Below are positions 17,937-21,127 of a DNA stretch of 21,127 nucleotides, one piece after another. A program made the position numbers and the translations under genes. Numbering within the stretch: the stretch's first letter is position 1; every line of letters begins with the position of its first letter. This stretch comes from Stramenopiles sp. TOSAG23-2 (lineage: Eukaryota). Where the stretch lies: NCBI GenBank assembly GCA_900128395.1, contig LT649236.1:62001-83127 (forward strand). The letters run 5' to 3'. The notes under the pieces were generated by a model. The model saw only the letters and a list, made by a program, of their open reading frames with translations, was not told the DNA's origin and made no database searches.

Positions 17937-20549
17937 TTATACATCTGTTGCTAGATAATCAAATGCTTCTATATCATTATATAATTTCCATTTATAAAAA
18001 TATATGATTCCATGAATAATTTCATGTAGATGCGATATATTTGAAGTACCAATGATAATTGCATCATTATAAAAATAAGAATATATTACACTAGCTTGTG
18101 CAATTGATATAGAGCGTTGTTCTGCAAATTTTGATAAACGCGCTTTTCTCTTCAAGTTACACTCTGTTTTCCACGTTGTCATACGATTTCCTGGGATAAT
18201 TGTATTATCAACAGATGCTAAGAAACCCTCTGCTAAAGATGCCCAGGTAAAATACATGTGATTTTTTACTCGATTCTCGACATGATTCAGGTCCACATGA
18301 GTGTTGTCATTTTCATTGCGTACAACAGATTTTGCATTTTTCCATATTTCTTTTGACGGGACAGCTAAAGAAAACTGCGAACTTTCCACAACTGGTGGTA
18401 CTAAATTTAATTTATTTGCAATTGATATTGCTTCTTTGATCCTCATGCTAGTCCAATTTGAGGTTCCCCAATTTAATATTTTCCCATCCTCAATGAAATT
18501 ATTCATATATTTTACAATTATTTCTAAATCATTAAACATTTCTTCATCATCACGATGTAATAGATATAAATCAAAATAATCGCATTTTAAATTAGATAAT
18601 GAATCGTTTATATCTTTAGTTATATCATCAATATGCAAACGAGCGTTTTGTTTAGAGCGATGAAATGGATGTCCACCTTTTCCAATTAAAAATAAATCAT
18701 TTCGTTCAATAAAACCATCATTTCGTAATGTAGGTTTACCATGATACTCTTCATCACATGTTTCATTGTTATTGTTATTATTATTATTATCAAAATCTGA
18801 TTTTCTTGACCGACTTTCAATCCATTTTCCAAAAAGTAACTCTACTTTAGAACCATAGACGCTTGCTAAATCAAATGTATTAATTCCCATATTAAATGCT
18901 TGATCTAAAAATTTTAATGGTTCTTCACATTTGGCAAGATTCATAGTTCCATATATCATTGGATAAATCTTATGAAAAGATGGCGATGATAATAATGATG
19001 ATGATGACGATTTATTTTTCTCTATCATCAATAACTTGTTGTTGCTTTCGATATCAAAATTAAAGTGTATTTCATCTTTATGAAAATAATCTAATACAAT
19101 ACGTTTCCCATCGCATTTAGAAGAGATTTCTGATTTTTCTATAATTTCCAGCACATGCAATGGATGTTTCCCGTTGTTTCTCTCCCTACTACTAGTTACC
19201 ATACTTTGGATCCCTCTTGACCAATCAGCAACGATGGGATGAGATAATTCTACATTTTTATGATTGAAAGGTGGTGTGAAAAATGGCGTCAATTCAAAAG
19301 TTGTGCCAGCAATTTTATCATTCCCACCATCACCAACATATTCAACCTTAGAGTTAAACGACCATACATTATTTAATTTCAATATACCTTTTGTTCCATG
19401 TAATTCTAATCGATTCGCTTTATCTGAATTTTCTGAAAATGATAATGTTGTAGTTAACACACAAGTAAAACTATTTTTAAATTCGAGATGCAATGTAAAA
19501 AAATCCATCGAATCTTGTTGTTTCCTCCAACAGCTTACTGCTAATACATTACCAAATATGCCAGTTAACAACGTTAATGGATATACACCAACATCGACTA
19601 AACTTCCAACTTTATATCTACGATGATTTTTCCATAGCTTCATACGAAAATCATATGGATACATAGATCCACAATATAAATGGCATATTCCATATTTAAT
19701 GCTTCCAATTAAATCTGTCCTATTGTTTACATATTCATAAATAATTTGTTGGCTTTCACCATAACATATTACAGGTGCTACAGCCAATTTTAACTTATTT
19801 CGTTTTGCCAATTCTAACAATTCAACTCCTTGTGCAAATGTACTCGCTAATGGCTTTTCACTATATAGATGGCACTTATGTTTATAAAGTATATCATAAT
19901 TTGTTTTGTAATGGTATTCAGCAGGGGTCAAATTCAATATAATGGGAGTGTTTCCAATTGTATCATACTCTTCTTCTTTCTTCATAATAGCAACAAATAA
20001 TTCATCGAGTGAAGACGCAAATTTACAATAACTGAATTGAACGCCATATTTATTTTCTTGTATATTATTAATAGTTTGTGCCAATAATTTACATTTATTG
20101 AGATCAATATCAACGATTCCTTGAACAATGTAACCTGGATTTTTTGTGAGACTATGAAAATAATAATTGCTAATTTCACCACATCCTAATATAATAATTG
20201 GTTGAATATTATTCATAATATATTTCGTATTCAATAGTGGTTTCTTCTCAACAATATTTGATGACAGATTCTGTGTTGTTGTTGTAGAATTGATGATTTC
20301 TTCATCATTATTTGAGTGTTGCTTTTTCTTTTTTCGCACTCTACGTTCACATATTTCTTTTACATTATTTTTGTCATACAACGTCAATCCAGTTACTTCT
20401 TGTAATTTTGCTACAATTTTCCTTCTTTCCCATTTATTTAATCTTCTACCAGCTGTAAGTGCATTTGCAATTGATACAATATCTTTTTTCTTCAATGTGA
20501 TTGTTAATAATTCTTCTCCATCATCCTTATCTGTTGCAATAGATGACAT
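17937..20549 (-). CDS. Fusion of a Gfo/Idh/MocA oxidoreductase and an aldo-keto reductase (870 aa)
   Basis: The first ATG is at 20549 (the track start at 20594 is non-ATG). Gfo part: IIILGCGEIS, LNLTPAEYH, YSEKPLA, GSLVDVGVYPL. AKR part: YGTMNL, GINTFDLASVYG, GKGGHP, SLSNLKCDYFDLYLLHRDD, GKILNWGTSNW, with the Asp/Tyr/Lys/His tetrad intact. Confidence 0.9.
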   Translation of the reverse strand: MSSIATDKDDGEELLTITLKKKDIVSIANALTAGRRLNKWERRKIVAKLQEVTGLTLYDKNNVKEICERRVRKKKKQHSNNDEEIINSTTTTQNLSSNIVEKKPLLNTKYIMNNIQPIIILGCGEISNYYFHSLTKNPGYIVQGIVDIDLNKCKLLAQTINNIQENKYGVQFSYCKFASSLDELFVAIMKKEEEYDTIGNTPIILNLTPAEYHYKTNYDILYKHKCHLYSEKPLASTFAQGVELLELAKRNKLKLAVAPVICYGESQQIIYEYVNNRTDLIGSIKYGICHLYCGSMYPYDFRMKLWKNHRRYKVGSLVDVGVYPLTLLTGIFGNVLAVSCWRKQQDSMDFFTLHLEFKNSFTCVLTTTLSFSENSDKANRLELHGTKGILKLNNVWSFNSKVEYVGDGGNDKIAGTTFELTPFFTPPFNHKNVELSHPIVADWSRGIQSMVTSSRERNNGKHPLHVLEIIEKSEISSKCDGKRIVLDYFHKDEIHFNFDIESNNKLLMIEKNKSSSSSLLSSPSFHKIYPMIYGTMNLAKCEEPLKFLDQAFNMGINTFDLASVYGSKVELLFGKWIESRSRKSDFDNNNNNNNNETCDEEYHGKPTLRNDGFIERNDLFLIGKGGHPFHRSKQNARLHIDDITKDINDSLSNLKCDYFDLYLLHRDDEEMFNDLEIIVKYMNNFIEDGKILNWGTSNWTSMRIKEAISIANKLNLVPPVVESSQFSLAVPSKEIWKNAKSVVRNENDNTHVDLNHVENRVKNHMYFTWASLAEGFLASVDNTIIPGNRMTTWKTECNLKRKARLSKFAEQRSISIAQASVIYSYFYNDAIIIGTSNISHLHEIIHGIIYFYKWKLYNDIEAFDYLATDV

Positions 20550-20634
20550 GAAATAAGCGTAGCAAACATATATATATGTTAGAAAGTTATTCAATTGATT
20601 TACGAATTGGTTGTCGTTGTTGTTGTGGGTATAG

Positions 20635-20704
20635 GTTGTACATTTACTATGTACATATAGTTTCTCTGTTTCAGTTGTACATTTATACTATAGTTTCTCT
20701 GTTT
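20635..20704. repeat. Short imperfect direct duplication upstream of the Gfo-AKR gene
   Basis: GTTGTACATTTA...TATAGTTTCTCTGTTT occurs at 20635-20671 and 20674-20704. Confidence 0.8.
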
Positions 20705-21127
20705 ATATACAATATATATATTCTTACAGTTTTTGTGTTTTGTTTCTTGTGTAATGTATGTGTGCATCTTGTTGTTTTTATGTTTTTTTTTTTTTCTTTG
20801 GATGAGGATATTCATTATTCAATATTATTCTTCACATATTATAATAATTAATATTATATATTTGTTATATACTACCAACTACAATATCCTATACATTTAT
20901 TACCGATTATACCATTATACCACAAATCTAAATCATCAACGAACGACATATGTACATATATACAAAATATAAAAAGTACTGAGTACTGAGATAAGAAGTG
21001 TGTAAAAATAAAAAAATAATACACGAGTTCGTCAATTAAAATGTACGAAGCCGTACGTGCGTACGCGCATTCGTAACACTCTCTTTTAGAGATCTTTTTA
21101 AAAAAATATACAAAAAAAACTCTGGCG

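Noticed and set aside
20550..20594. Track start of the 885-aa ORF
   Set aside because: It is a non-ATG start in AT-rich leader-like sequence. The first ATG is at 20549.

Overview
AT-rich, gene-dense eukaryotic DNA with long uninterrupted ORFs (no intron is needed for any gene call) and poly-Asn/Gln tracts. It looks like a compact protist genome, possibly a heterotrophic stramenopile, but taxonomy is only an inference. Nine protein genes are supported, in order: a partial tandem-MIT calpain-7/PalB-like gene that the ORF track missed; an unknown coiled-coil protein; an SH3-RhoGAP-like-proline-rich-WH2x2 actin regulator; a secreted PCM4-related protein; a secreted BPI/LBP protein; SCAPER; myo-inositol oxygenase (MIOX); a small basic unknown protein; and a Gfo/Idh/MocA plus aldo-keto reductase fusion. 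Four observations stand out. (1) MIOX lies 1.35 kb from the Gfo-AKR fusion, a candidate inositol/uronate mini-cluster. (2) A 28-codon uORF sits just ahead of MIOX. (3) The RhoGAP-like domain lacks its arginine finger and is joined to duplicated WH2 plus helix modules. (4) Two non-coding motifs recur in gene 3' flanks: GAGAGTGT and TATACGAGA...TCGTACGAAG. No tRNA, rRNA, CRISPR array or mobile element was recognised. All family calls come from recalled motifs, not database searches.
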